Shown: positions 19,389 through 29,000 of the stretch, one piece after another
Position numbering within the stretch: the stretch's first letter is position 1
Layout of the letters: each line of letters begins with the position of its first letter
Assembly (NCBI GenBank): GCA_000993405.1
Contig: LBWB01000004.1
Span: 4,861-68,860 of the forward strand
Direction of reading: 5' to 3'
DNA from: Candidatus Woesebacteria bacterium GW2011_GWB1_39_12
GTDB taxonomy: Bacteria; Patescibacteriota; Microgenomatia; UBA8517
Length of the DNA stretch: 64,000 nucleotides
Position numbers and translations under genes: made by a program
The notes under the pieces: model-generated
Database searches by the model: none
What the model saw: the letters and a program-made list of their open reading frames with translations, nothing else
Told to the model about the DNA's origin: nothing

Positions 19389-19883
19389 ATGAAATTATAC
19401 GTTATGTCGGGAAAAGGTTACGGGAAGACTACCCTCTCCGCATTTGACGCGGCGCTTAAGGATGCGGGTGTTTATAATTATAACCTTATAACGCTATCTT
19501 CCATTATTCCACCGGGCTCAAAAGTGATATTCAAAAAAAGATTGAAGCAGCCCACAGGAAGTTATGGAAATAAACTATATGTTGTTAAATCTGAAATAAG
19601 AAGCAGAGAGTCGGGCAAATACATAGGTTCTTCTTTAGGCTGGTATCAGCTTTCTGATGGGCGAGGGGTGTTTGTTGAACATGAAGAAATTGGTGAAACA
19701 GAAGAAGCGGTAAAAGCTAATCTTACTGAAGAAGTAAAAAAATCTTTAATCGATCTTTGTGAGTTTCGCAGGTTCCCCATTGTCAAAAAGAAAATGAAGA
19801 TGAAGATTAATATTGCAAAGGTGGAAGATACAGCTGCAAGTACACTAATATTGGCAGTCTATAAAGACGAGGGATGGGAGTAA
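19389..19883 (+). CDS. pdaD: Pyruvoyl-dependent arginine decarboxylase
   Basis: SAFDAALKDAGVYNYNLITLSSIIP containing the Ser-Ser self-cleavage site. Confidence 0.88.
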   Translation: MKLYVMSGKGYGKTTLSAFDAALKDAGVYNYNLITLSSIIPPGSKVIFKKRLKQPTGSYGNKLYVVKSEIRSRESGKYIGSSLGWYQLSDGRGVFVEHEEIGETEEAVKANLTEEVKKSLIDLCEFRRFPIVKKKMKMKINIAKVEDTAASTLILAVYKDEGWE

Positions 19884-20029
19884 AATGGACATATCTAGAG
19901 CAAGAATTATAATACTTATAATTGTATTAACTCTTCTCTCGGGGTGGGGTATTTGTAGAACACGAATGAATCGGAAATTAAATTCAAAATAACTCGATCA
20001 CTTCAAGATCTCTGTAAGTTTTAAAGAAT

Positions 20030-20908
20030 TTAAGAACTGAAAAGAAAGGCGCTTCCTATTAATATTGCGAAAATGCCTAGATATTGAATCAATATGAGTT
20101 TCTCTTTTAATATAAAATAACCGAGGACTGCCGAAATTAATGGGATCATGGAGGACATAATTACTACAATGCTTGTTAAGGAAGTATTATAAAAACCCCA
20201 ATTGGTTGCGATTACTGCAATAGTGTTTGCAACACCGCCTAAAATCATTATCTTTGAGCTTTTATCAAAGCCAAGGAATTTTTCCTTTTTAGTTGCTAGA
20301 TACCCCCCAAAAATAAGAGCCATGAGAGAATCACCTATGGTAACCCAGAAAAGCCAGCCTTCTTGCTGTCCCAAGAAAGAATCCCAAAAAGGGAAAAATA
20401 AGGATAGAATGATTGCCGCCGTTAAAACATATGGCCAACCCTTGATTATTGTTAGTTTCGAAGCGTTTTGGATTGACACTCCAAGTATTCCCATAAAAAC
20501 TATCAAAAGAGAAAGAATTCTAAAGAGTGATGTTTGTTCACCAAAAAAGAGTATCGATATTACTGCAGATCCAACTGCATAAGTGCTGAAGATGGTACTA
20601 ATAGTACTAAGATTACCTAAACGTAAGGCATGGAAAAACAATAAGTATGCTACTACATTGGCCACTGCAAATAACGTTAATTTTATTGTGAGAGTTAATG
20701 ATAAAGGACTAATTGACTCACCCGTGATAAATACAATTATCCAAAGTAAGATTGAGGTAGTTAAGTAAAGAGTAAAAGTTGCGCTTGCTTCACTGTATTT
20801 TTGACGCTTTACTGCTTTTATTGAGAAGAAATCGGCAAAACCCCAACCAAGAGCTCCGCCGAGGCCAGCTAAAAAAGCATTTATTAATTCACCTTGCTGA
20901 AATAACAT
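20030..20908 (-). CDS. EamA/DMT family transporter
   Basis: About 10 TM segments, WGFADF, LFFGE and ILKEKL duplicated halves. Confidence 0.85.
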   Translation of the reverse strand: MLFQQGELINAFLAGLGGALGWGFADFFSIKAVKRQKYSEASATFTLYLTTSILLWIIVFITGESISPLSLTLTIKLTLFAVANVVAYLLFFHALRLGNLSTISTIFSTYAVGSAVISILFFGEQTSLFRILSLLIVFMGILGVSIQNASKLTIIKGWPYVLTAAIILSLFFPFWDSFLGQQEGWLFWVTIGDSLMALIFGGYLATKKEKFLGFDKSSKIMILGGVANTIAVIATNWGFYNTSLTSIVVIMSSMIPLISAVLGYFILKEKLILIQYLGIFAILIGSAFLFSS

Positions 20909-21773
20909 ATTTTTTGAGAAATTTGGCTGGATGCCAAGAAAGTTTTGTTTTGCGTAGACCTTCTAATCCTAAATCTTGTTCGTAATTCAAGTATTGACAA
21001 CCACTTTTATACCAATGTTTTACTGCCTGAAAAAAAAGCATGTCATAAATATGTTTATAAGATATGTCTGCTTTCATGAAATGACCCAAAGCGTACCTAC
21101 CCAATTTTTCATCGAGAACAAACCCAACAAGCTCATCTTTATCCCAAAGTCCGATTAGAGTTATTGTTAATTTGTCAATGAATTTAAGTAAACGGTAAAG
21201 AGCAACTCTCTCGTGCGCTGAGTCGGAGTTTTTTTTTGTTGCCCATTTATCAAACAATTTCATAATTTGCGTCTTTTCATTTTTGCTTTTGCCATTTGAG
21301 ATTTTAAGTAAACAGCCAGAATTGAATTTTCTAAATTGGCTTAAATGGTGTCGTTTATGAATAAAATTTCTTCCCATTAAAGATGATGTGATTTTTGTCG
21401 AAGTGATATAATCGAAGTTGTTTCGATCTGCTTTGACTATTAAATCTGGATTGGACAATACCTTTTTATTCACAGATTGCTCTGGAACTAGTCGGAGTTT
21501 TTTTTCTACTCCTTCGCTCCCAGCTATGGTCAAAAGGTTGTTCACTAACTCAGATGTACTGTTTTTTGATAAAAACGAGTAAATTGGCTTGTTAGTTAAA
21601 TAATCTCTAAGCCTGATAACAAATACGTTTTTATCTAAAAAATATTCAACGTCGTTTTCAATGTTGTAACACCAAAGGCTTGTAAAATTGAAGTCAGAAT
21701 AAGGATAAAACTGGCCCGTAAACTCCTGGATGTTTTTCTTATCTTTAAAAGTGAGCCTTTTAAACTTAATCAC
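20889..21773 (-). CDS. DUF2156 / phosphatidylglycerol lysyltransferase C-terminal-like (GNAT fold) protein
   Basis: SDFNFTSL, DRNNFDY, HFMKAD, NYEQDLGLEGLRKTKLSWHP. Confidence 0.85.
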   Translation of the reverse strand: MIKFKRLTFKDKKNIQEFTGQFYPYSDFNFTSLWCYNIENDVEYFLDKNVFVIRLRDYLTNKPIYSFLSKNSTSELVNNLLTIAGSEGVEKKLRLVPEQSVNKKVLSNPDLIVKADRNNFDYITSTKITSSLMGRNFIHKRHHLSQFRKFNSGCLLKISNGKSKNEKTQIMKLFDKWATKKNSDSAHERVALYRLLKFIDKLTITLIGLWDKDELVGFVLDEKLGRYALGHFMKADISYKHIYDMLFFQAVKHWYKSGCQYLNYEQDLGLEGLRKTKLSWHPAKFLKKYVISAR

Positions 21774-21831
21774 ATCTAAATTATAAACTAAAAAATTGAC
21801 TTTGCTATTTGATTTATTTAATCTAAGAGTA

Positions 21832-22644
21832 ATGTTTACTTATGTTAAGAAAGAATTGACAGCAAAAGTTACATTGCTATTATTTATCCTCTTCTCATTT
21901 TGGTGGATATGGCTTCATCTTACGGATGCTACTCTTATTCAAAAACAAGCCTTCAGTGCATTTTATGGATTAATAGCACTTTTTGGGTCGATCTGTGGTT
22001 TTAGTATTGCGCGTAAATGGGGAGGTTTTAAAAGTTTAATGGGTAAATCCATTATTATGTTCTCTATGGGACTTCTTGCCCAGGAGTTTGGTCAGATCGT
22101 ATATTCTGCCCTAAATTTCTTTCTGCAGATTGTTGTTCCATATCCCTCACTTGGAGACATTGGTTATTTTGGTAGTATTCCTTTATACATACTAGGTGCT
22201 TACTATTTAGCTAGGGTGTCGGGCGTGAACATCTCCCTAAGAACTTTGAGAAGCAAGATATTAGTATTGATTGTCCCTTTATTATTATTAACTATTTCTT
22301 ATTTTCTCTTCCTCCAAGGCTATGAGCTTGAGGAGACCCCGATAATAACTATTTTTCTAGATTTTGGATATCCTTTCGGACAGGCTATCTATGTATCAAT
22401 TGCCTTACTTGCATTCTTATTGTCCAAAAAGATACTCGGCGGAATTATGAAAAACAAGATATTATTTATTTTGTTCGCGCTTCTAGTGCAGTATTTTTCC
22501 GATTTTTCTTTTTTGTACATCTCACGTTATGGAGAGATGGGTCCTGGAGAAATCGTTGATTACATGTACCTCGTTTCTTACTTTCTAATGTCACTCGGAC
22601 TTATTCAGTTGAAAACTGTGTCTAATGAACTAAATGGACATTGA
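21832..22644 (+). CDS. Multi-pass membrane protein, putative sensor
   Basis: 7-8 TM segments, PYPSLGDIGY motif; first gene of an operon with a histidine kinase. Confidence 0.65.
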   Translation: MFTYVKKELTAKVTLLLFILFSFWWIWLHLTDATLIQKQAFSAFYGLIALFGSICGFSIARKWGGFKSLMGKSIIMFSMGLLAQEFGQIVYSALNFFLQIVVPYPSLGDIGYFGSIPLYILGAYYLARVSGVNISLRTLRSKILVLIVPLLLLTISYFLFLQGYELEETPIITIFLDFGYPFGQAIYVSIALLAFLLSKKILGGIMKNKILFILFALLVQYFSDFSFLYISRYGEMGPGEIVDYMYLVSYFLMSLGLIQLKTVSNELNGH

Positions 22645-22648
22645 GTAA

Positions 22649-22936
22649 ATGGAAGAAAACATAGAAAAGTCCAAATTGATAAAGATTATTGTTGAAAGGC
22701 AGGTTGGAATTATTGGCCATCTTGCAATAGAGCAAGCGAACAGAGTCGGCGGGGTTAAAGTATCCGACGATTTGAGCTCGGTGAGTATTTCAGGTAACTT
22801 AAAGGATGTTTTGGAAAAGTTGGTGCTACAGTACGAGCGGCTATTTGGCCAAGCTTCCGTAGAAGCCTGTAAGGATGCTTTGAGAGAGGTAAAATCGAAT
22901 ATCAGTCAAGAAGAATTGCCATCTATTCTTCGATGA
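22649..22936 (+). CDS. Small conserved-looking helical protein, hypothetical
   Basis: Lies between the membrane protein and the kinase; QYERLFGQASVEACK. Confidence 0.65.
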   Translation: MEENIEKSKLIKIIVERQVGIIGHLAIEQANRVGGVKVSDDLSSVSISGNLKDVLEKLVLQYERLFGQASVEACKDALREVKSNISQEELPSILR

Positions 22937-22950
22937 GATAGTATTATTTA

Positions 22951-24297
22951 ATGCCTCCAGTCACTGAAACCAGAGAATTTAAAAAGCTTGCAGAAGAGCT
23001 CTACAAAAAAAATCTTAGTCTTTTTAATGCTAATCGCACCTTGATGATCTTACAAAAATTGTATCAGGTTATGGCTTCTTCTTTTGAAATGGAAATAATG
23101 GTACAGAAGTATATTGATGCAATTATAACGGACATGAATTTTCTAATGGGCGCAGTTTATATAAAGTATCCTCAGGAAAATTTTTTAAGACTTCTTGCTT
23201 TATCGCTAGCAAAGCCGACTTCGAACAGCAAACCTGACTTTGTAGCTAAACTACAGAATTTAAAAGTTGGATTGGGAGGTATGGACAATATTATGGCGCT
23301 GGTGTATAAGTCCGGCATGAAAAAATTCGTAACTTCACTGCTCGACGTTTTCTCTTTTGTTGAAGACAAAGATGTGATCGAAAAAATGGAATCTACTGTA
23401 GGAATTAAATCCACAGCCGTCTACCCTATTGTTTTTGGAAGCGAAACGCTAGGTGTGTTTTTAGTGTCGATGGGCGTTAAGGAAAAAGATCTTTCTCAGA
23501 CAGATAATGAAATTTTGAGTAGAGTGTCGACTGTTTTTGGAGTGGCTGTAGATAGATTGATGATTTATTTAAATCTTCAAAAAGTAAATGAGAAATTGAA
23601 AGCCCTTGATGCGCAGAAGGATGAATTCATTTCGATGGCTGCGCATGAACTAAGAACGCCGATGACGGCAATCAAAGGTTATGTCTCAATGATTATCGAA
23701 GGAGACACTGGAGATATACCTGAAAAGGCCAGAGGGTTCTTAGCAGACGCCAATGCCATAAACGAAAGGCTTATCAGGCTCGTCAATAACATGCTCAATG
23801 TTTCTCGGATAGAAGAAGGAAGGATGGTATATCAGGAAGAAGAGGAGAATTTGTCAAGCGCCGTAAGAACGGTATTTTCCCAATTTAGGCCAGAAGCAGA
23901 AAGAAAGGGACTTGAATTGAAACTTGACGTTCCCGCTTCGATTACGGATAAAGTACGCGTTGACCCGGATAGAATTCAGGAGGTTATTGGTAATCTTCTG
24001 AGTAATGCTGTTAAATATACCGACAAAGGGTCGGTTGTAGTTCGTCTTGTCCAACCAAACGCGAACATGGTCAGATTTGAAGTAGAAGATACTGGTTCGG
24101 GAATTTCGAAAGAGGAGCAGGAAAAGCTTTTCAGAAAGTTTTCAAGAGCTGAATCAACAGTCGGTAAGACTACAGGAACCGGCCTTGGGCTTTACATATC
24201 AAAACTTCTTGTGGAAAAATTTGGTGGGAGTATAGGTTTATCTTCCGAAATAGCCAAGGGAAGTACTTTTTGGTTCGAATTACCTCTTGTTTCCTAA
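22951..24297 (+). CDS. GAF-domain sensor histidine kinase
   Basis: HELRTP H-box, NLLSNAVKYT, DTGSGI, GTGLGL; GAF-like N-terminus without TM. Confidence 0.92.
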   Translation: MPPVTETREFKKLAEELYKKNLSLFNANRTLMILQKLYQVMASSFEMEIMVQKYIDAIITDMNFLMGAVYIKYPQENFLRLLALSLAKPTSNSKPDFVAKLQNLKVGLGGMDNIMALVYKSGMKKFVTSLLDVFSFVEDKDVIEKMESTVGIKSTAVYPIVFGSETLGVFLVSMGVKEKDLSQTDNEILSRVSTVFGVAVDRLMIYLNLQKVNEKLKALDAQKDEFISMAAHELRTPMTAIKGYVSMIIEGDTGDIPEKARGFLADANAINERLIRLVNNMLNVSRIEEGRMVYQEEEENLSSAVRTVFSQFRPEAERKGLELKLDVPASITDKVRVDPDRIQEVIGNLLSNAVKYTDKGSVVVRLVQPNANMVRFEVEDTGSGISKEEQEKLFRKFSRAESTVGKTTGTGLGLYISKLLVEKFGGSIGLSSEIAKGSTFWFELPLVS

Positions 24298-24299
24298 AT

Positions 24300-24914
24300 T
24301 TACCCTCTTGAACGAGTTACAACAAATATAAGTCCTATGATTGCCACGAGTGCAACGAGTGCCGCAATGCCGGCTCGTCTTAAAGCCAACAATAATTTTT
24401 GTCTTGTTGTAAGATTCTCCTGGGGTGTCTCGGTCTTTTCTTCCTCTTCAACCTTTTCCTTTTCTTCCTCTTCAGGACTCGGAGTAGGAGTTGATACTTC
24501 TTCTAAAAATTCAACAGGAGAAATCTCTCCCTTCATTACGGTTTGGCCTTGAGGAGTTTTAGTTTCTTTACTTGCCTCAGTTGTGACAAAAAGACCTGTG
24601 AAGGTTTTCTTGGTTTTAAATTCGCCCTTTCCAAGGCCAAGGGTACCAAGTTTAACTGAGTTTCCCCCATCCTTAGGCGTTGCCCAAACGACGTAGTTAA
24701 ATATATTCTCATCAGCTGGATATATCAGGTATTTGCAAGTGAAAGGAATTCGGTATTCTTGATTTTGCATCCTTACTGAAGCTGCCCAACAACGGTATGG
24801 TTCGCCAGTTGTGCTTCGAAGTTCAACGGTTCCTTCAGATGCGAATGCTTTTTCGGCAAGCAGAAATAAGCCAGCAGTAACCAGAAAGAAAGTAAGATAA
24901 TGTCTTAGTTTCAT
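24300..24914 (-). CDS. Secreted/membrane-anchored hypothetical protein
   Basis: Signal peptide (AFA/S), Pro/Glu linker, C-terminal TM. Confidence 0.65.
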   Translation of the reverse strand: MKLRHYLTFFLVTAGLFLLAEKAFASEGTVELRSTTGEPYRCWAASVRMQNQEYRIPFTCKYLIYPADENIFNYVVWATPKDGGNSVKLGTLGLGKGEFKTKKTFTGLFVTTEASKETKTPQGQTVMKGEISPVEFLEEVSTPTPSPEEEEKEKVEEEEKTETPQENLTTRQKLLLALRRAGIAALVALVAIIGLIFVVTRSRG

Positions 24915-25018
24915 CTAAAATGAGTATATATTAACTAAAAGGCTTTTAACAAGTCAGATTTCTCCAATTGAAAACACTATATTACTGGCTTAATATTAGA
25001 ATGGAAAGATAATCTTAA

Positions 25019-25432
25019 ATGACCGATACACCTCAGACAAACCAAGAGTCAAACCGAGAAAGCCAGTCGGTAATTCTCATAGTCGAAGACGATCCCGTTC
25101 TTTTAAAAATGTATACGGAAAAGTTTGGCTTCGAAGGTTTCAAAGTCCTTAATGCCAAAGATGGAGAGGAAGCGTTGAAACTCTCACTTGTGGAGAAAAT
25201 AGACATTATACTTCTTGACATTATGCTTCCCAGAATGAGTGGGACTGATTATTTAGCCAGATTTCGCCAAAATGAGAAAGGCAAGAATGTTCCGGTTGTT
25301 GCTCTCACTAATCTTGCCGAGGAAGAGGAAAAACAGAAAGCATTAAAACTTGGCGTAAAAGAATATTTGGTAAAAGCGATGCAAACGCCGGAGAAGGTTG
25401 TGGAAACAATCAAAAAGTATATTCGGAGTTAG
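25019..25432 (+). CDS. Single-domain response regulator
   Basis: VEDD, LLDIMLP, LTN, YLVK. Confidence 0.92.
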   Translation: MTDTPQTNQESNRESQSVILIVEDDPVLLKMYTEKFGFEGFKVLNAKDGEEALKLSLVEKIDIILLDIMLPRMSGTDYLARFRQNEKGKNVPVVALTNLAEEEEKQKALKLGVKEYLVKAMQTPEKVVETIKKYIRS

Positions 25433-27060
25433 GAGTAAAGTAATTTTTTATATTCTTCAAGAACCCTCTCGGTCGTAAAATCTTTTGAGAGTTCAATTGA
25501 GGCCCGCATTCTTTTTAACCATTCGACGGGTATGCCGTCAACTCTATCTTCATAATAGAGCGGTGCGATTTTATTCTCCAGGATATTATAAAAACTTTCA
25601 GAAATATTTTCCGGGTCAAGTACCCAGCCTGCATCTTCCCAATTTACTTCATAAGTCCATCCGTCGAGTACTGTACAATTCAGGACCCCGTTTGCGCTAG
25701 CCTTCATGCCGCTTGTTCCGCAGGCTTCCAGATTCCCCTTTGGAGTGTTAAGCCAAATATCGCTTCCAGAAGTCAAATGATTGGCTAGAGCTATATTATA
25801 ATTCGGGACGAATATTGCATATTTGGCCAAATCGGTCGAAAAAATCTTGATGATTTCTTCAATTATGGATTTGGCATTAGGGTCTCCTGTATGGGAATTT
25901 CCTGCAAAAAGAAGTTGAACCGGGTATTTTGGATTAGAGAGTAAATCTTTAAGCCTTTTTACATCGGCAAAAATTGCTCTCGGCTGCTTATAGTCCGCAA
26001 GCCTTCTGGCCCAAGTAATTACCAATCGGGATGGATCGTATCCAATTCCGGTTCTTTTTGTTACTGAACTCATGAGCTCTCTTTTTTTAATCAAATGTTG
26101 ATCCCATAGATCTCTATCGTTTAAGTCGCGCCTGAAGTCGCTGTCTTGCCAGCGGGGCATATGAATGGCATTAGTAATTGGAATCCATTCGTAATCGGGC
26201 CACTGGCCTTTGCAGTATTTTTGGTGAACTTTAGATACACTTGAGTGTTTTTTGGAAATATTCAGGGCAAAAAAAGTTGTACTAAACGTATTTGCATCCG
26301 TTAATCCGTCTTTAATTAAAAGGTCAGTTTCGACTCCCATTTCTTTTGCAAACGGCGATGCCCATTTTTCAACCAAACTTTTGGAATAGACAAGATTTCC
26401 GGCTGTAACCAGGGTGTGATTGGTATATACAATTTTTTCTTTTGCCAGCTTCCATGCTTTATCAAATGTTTTTTTCTCATCTTGCATGATATTTTTTACA
26501 ATTTCCCAGATGATGAATTCAGGTCTTCCTTCGTTGATATGAAATACGGCAGGCTTTATATTTAAAAGATTTAAAAGTTTTACACCGCCTACGCCAAGAA
26601 GTATCTGTTGCCTTAACTGACTCTCGCTATCGCCGTAATATAACGCATTCATGTCGTTTACCCATTCGGGCGGATTGCCGTCAACGTCGGTTGATAAGAA
26701 GAAAGATACGGTTTTATCCCCAAGTCTTATATGGTAGGACTTAACACTAACTTTGTAACTTTCTAGGTTTAAATTAAAAAGGATAGGTTTTCCGTCAATT
26801 GTAGTGGGACGTAAAAATGAGGTATCGTGGTCGAATTCAGAGTCTCTGGTTTCGGCTTTTCCCTCGCCGGTTATGTGTTGCATAAAATCTTTACCTTTGT
26901 AAAGAATTCCTATACCGACCATCGGAAAATGTTGGAGTGCGGCTTCGTTCATTACGTCGCCGGCCAAAATTCCCAAGCCTCCCGAGTATGTAGGAAGATC
27001 GTTATCGATTCCGAATTCGGAACAAAGGTATGCGACAGGATTTTTTAAGTCAAGAATCAT
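25429..27060 (-). CDS. glgP: Alpha-glucan (glycogen) phosphorylase, compact form
   Basis: YSGGLGILAGD, HINEG, ARRLADYK, EACGTSGMKA (PLP lysine). Confidence 0.9.
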   Translation of the reverse strand: MILDLKNPVAYLCSEFGIDNDLPTYSGGLGILAGDVMNEAALQHFPMVGIGILYKGKDFMQHITGEGKAETRDSEFDHDTSFLRPTTIDGKPILFNLNLESYKVSVKSYHIRLGDKTVSFFLSTDVDGNPPEWVNDMNALYYGDSESQLRQQILLGVGGVKLLNLLNIKPAVFHINEGRPEFIIWEIVKNIMQDEKKTFDKAWKLAKEKIVYTNHTLVTAGNLVYSKSLVEKWASPFAKEMGVETDLLIKDGLTDANTFSTTFFALNISKKHSSVSKVHQKYCKGQWPDYEWIPITNAIHMPRWQDSDFRRDLNDRDLWDQHLIKKRELMSSVTKRTGIGYDPSRLVITWARRLADYKQPRAIFADVKRLKDLLSNPKYPVQLLFAGNSHTGDPNAKSIIEEIIKIFSTDLAKYAIFVPNYNIALANHLTSGSDIWLNTPKGNLEACGTSGMKASANGVLNCTVLDGWTYEVNWEDAGWVLDPENISESFYNILENKIAPLYYEDRVDGIPVEWLKRMRASIELSKDFTTERVLEEYKKLLYS

Positions 27061-27114
27061 TCCCTTCCATTTTAATTGTTGTAGTTATTTTATTAAAGAA
27101 TTAAAATTTATCTT

Positions 27115-27387
27115 GTGAGTATAAGCGATTTTTTCTCGCCTAGTGTTATGGCCTTTTTCCGTTTTAGTGCGGTTGCCGGTTTACTTGCAACGACTGTACT
27201 TTTGATTAACCTTAATCATAAGGCTTTTGACAGAGTATTGGGCCCAAAATCAAAATCTTTATGGTGGCTTTTTGTCTTATTTTCAGTAGTACCCCTTCTT
27301 TTGTTTTTGTATATTTTTACCTTTCTTTTTGGAAAGATGAATCTGCGTGAGCAGGGAGAATTGGTCTTAAATCTTTTTGCCAGATAG
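27115..27387 (+). CDS. Small 2-TM membrane protein (paralog of the next gene)
   Basis: FSAVAGLLA...HKAFDRVLG resembles 27394-27612. Confidence 0.55.
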   Translation: MSISDFFSPSVMAFFRFSAVAGLLATTVLLINLNHKAFDRVLGPKSKSLWWLFVLFSVVPLLLFLYIFTFLFGKMNLREQGELVLNLFAR

Positions 27388-27393
27388 CCATAT

Positions 27394-27612
27394 ATGCAAA
27401 ATTCACTACTACCACCAGGTTTTTTTATATTTATCAAAGTTTCGGCAGTCGCAGGATTTTTTGCGGCCGGAGCACTTATTGTTGCCTTAATATATAAAGG
27501 ATTTAAAAAGGTCTTTGGCGAAGATGAGGTAGAAAAATACCGCTGGATTTTTATTGTAGTAAATATTCCCCTCCTTTTCGTTCTCGTCTACATTTTTTTT
27601 ATTTTCTTTTAA
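27394..27612 (+). CDS. Small 2-TM membrane protein
   Basis: VSAVAGFFA...YKGFKKVFG. Confidence 0.55.
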   Translation: MQNSLLPPGFFIFIKVSAVAGFFAAGALIVALIYKGFKKVFGEDEVEKYRWIFIVVNIPLLFVLVYIFFIFF

Positions 27613-27653
27613 AACGCTTTGACATTGGGGTCCAAAAAAAATAATCTTAAGTA

Positions 27654-29000
27654 ATGAGTCTTTCAATAAAGATAGTAGAAAAACTCAAAGGTATTAAAAA
27701 ACCCGTCTTAGCAATCTATCCAGTCATCATAATCATTACCATTCCTTCGCTTTTGATAATTAATACTATTTGGAATCTAAAGTCGTTCAATAGAGATGCT
27801 AACTTTATTGTCAGGCATCAAGCCTTAAGTATTGCCGAGGTTCTGACCCCGATTATTAAAGAGAAAATTAGCTCTCCCAACGACTTGAAAAGGTTACTCA
27901 ACGAAGCAGATGCCTCTAATGAAGACGTAATCTCTGCAGCACTTTTAAAAGAGGAAGATGGAGATTTTAGTATTTATGTTTCGACAAGGGAAGATGATTC
28001 TCAGGAAGGTGAAATGGCAGCTTTAAATCAACTTGCAAAAGGATTTAACCAACCGATTGCTGGATTAACTTACGATCCTAATTTGCAGAAGGACGTTTGG
28101 AATGTAATTGTTCCTGTTGTTAATGAAGAAAATGGTAATTTTTTTCTAAAGATTGTTTTAGATACAAAGTCGGTTTCCGAAATACTGTCACGAACTACAA
28201 AAGATTCAGTCGTCATCTTAGTTCTTTTGGTCGTAGTAACCATAATCTTAATTGCTAATCACTTTGTTTTTTACCTAAGATCGTTAAAAACCAAGCAACT
28301 GGAAGAGCTCGACAGGCTCAAAGACGAGTTTATTTCAATTGCGGCTCATGAGTTGAGAGCGCCAATGACCGCCCTTATCGGCTATCTTGAACTTCTCAGG
28401 GGTAAAATTGCACCAAGCGAGGTAGAAAAAATAAAGCCAGATCTCGAGATTTTAAATTCTCTAATAGGCGATCTTGACGGTCTGATCAACGAACTCTTGG
28501 ATGTATCAAGAATCGAGCAGGGCAGATTTCAGGTAAATTTGGTTGATGTAAAGGTTGAAGAAGTTATCGAGAAGGTTGTAAACGTAATGTTACCGCAGGC
28601 CAGGCAAAAGGGATTAGATGTGGTTTTTGCAAAGGTTGACTTGCCTAGCATAAAAAGTGATCCTGATAGATTAAGACAGGTATTTACCAATATTATTAGT
28701 AATTCGATTAAATACACCTTGGAAGGAAGAGTGAATGTGAGTGCAAATTTGGAAGGAAAGTTTATTAAAATTGTTGTTAAGGATACCGGAATCGGCATAC
28801 CAGGAGAAGAATTAACAAAGCTTTTTTCCAAGTTTCATAGAGTCCAAGATAAAAAGACGATTGAAGTCAGGGGAACAGGTTTGGGGCTTTGGATTACAAA
28901 ACAAATTGTCGAAATTTTGGGAGGCAGAATTGGCGTCGAATCAATTTATGGAACCGGAACCAGCGTCATCATCACCCTTCCCGTCGGTAGTTCTTCGTAA
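27654..29000 (+). CDS. Membrane sensor histidine kinase
   Basis: Two TMs around an extracellular domain; HELRAP, NIISNSIKYT, DTGIGI, GTGLGL. Confidence 0.92.
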   Translation: MSLSIKIVEKLKGIKKPVLAIYPVIIIITIPSLLIINTIWNLKSFNRDANFIVRHQALSIAEVLTPIIKEKISSPNDLKRLLNEADASNEDVISAALLKEEDGDFSIYVSTREDDSQEGEMAALNQLAKGFNQPIAGLTYDPNLQKDVWNVIVPVVNEENGNFFLKIVLDTKSVSEILSRTTKDSVVILVLLVVVTIILIANHFVFYLRSLKTKQLEELDRLKDEFISIAAHELRAPMTALIGYLELLRGKIAPSEVEKIKPDLEILNSLIGDLDGLINELLDVSRIEQGRFQVNLVDVKVEEVIEKVVNVMLPQARQKGLDVVFAKVDLPSIKSDPDRLRQVFTNIISNSIKYTLEGRVNVSANLEGKFIKIVVKDTGIGIPGEELTKLFSKFHRVQDKKTIEVRGTGLGLWITKQIVEILGGRIGVESIYGTGTSVIITLPVGSSS

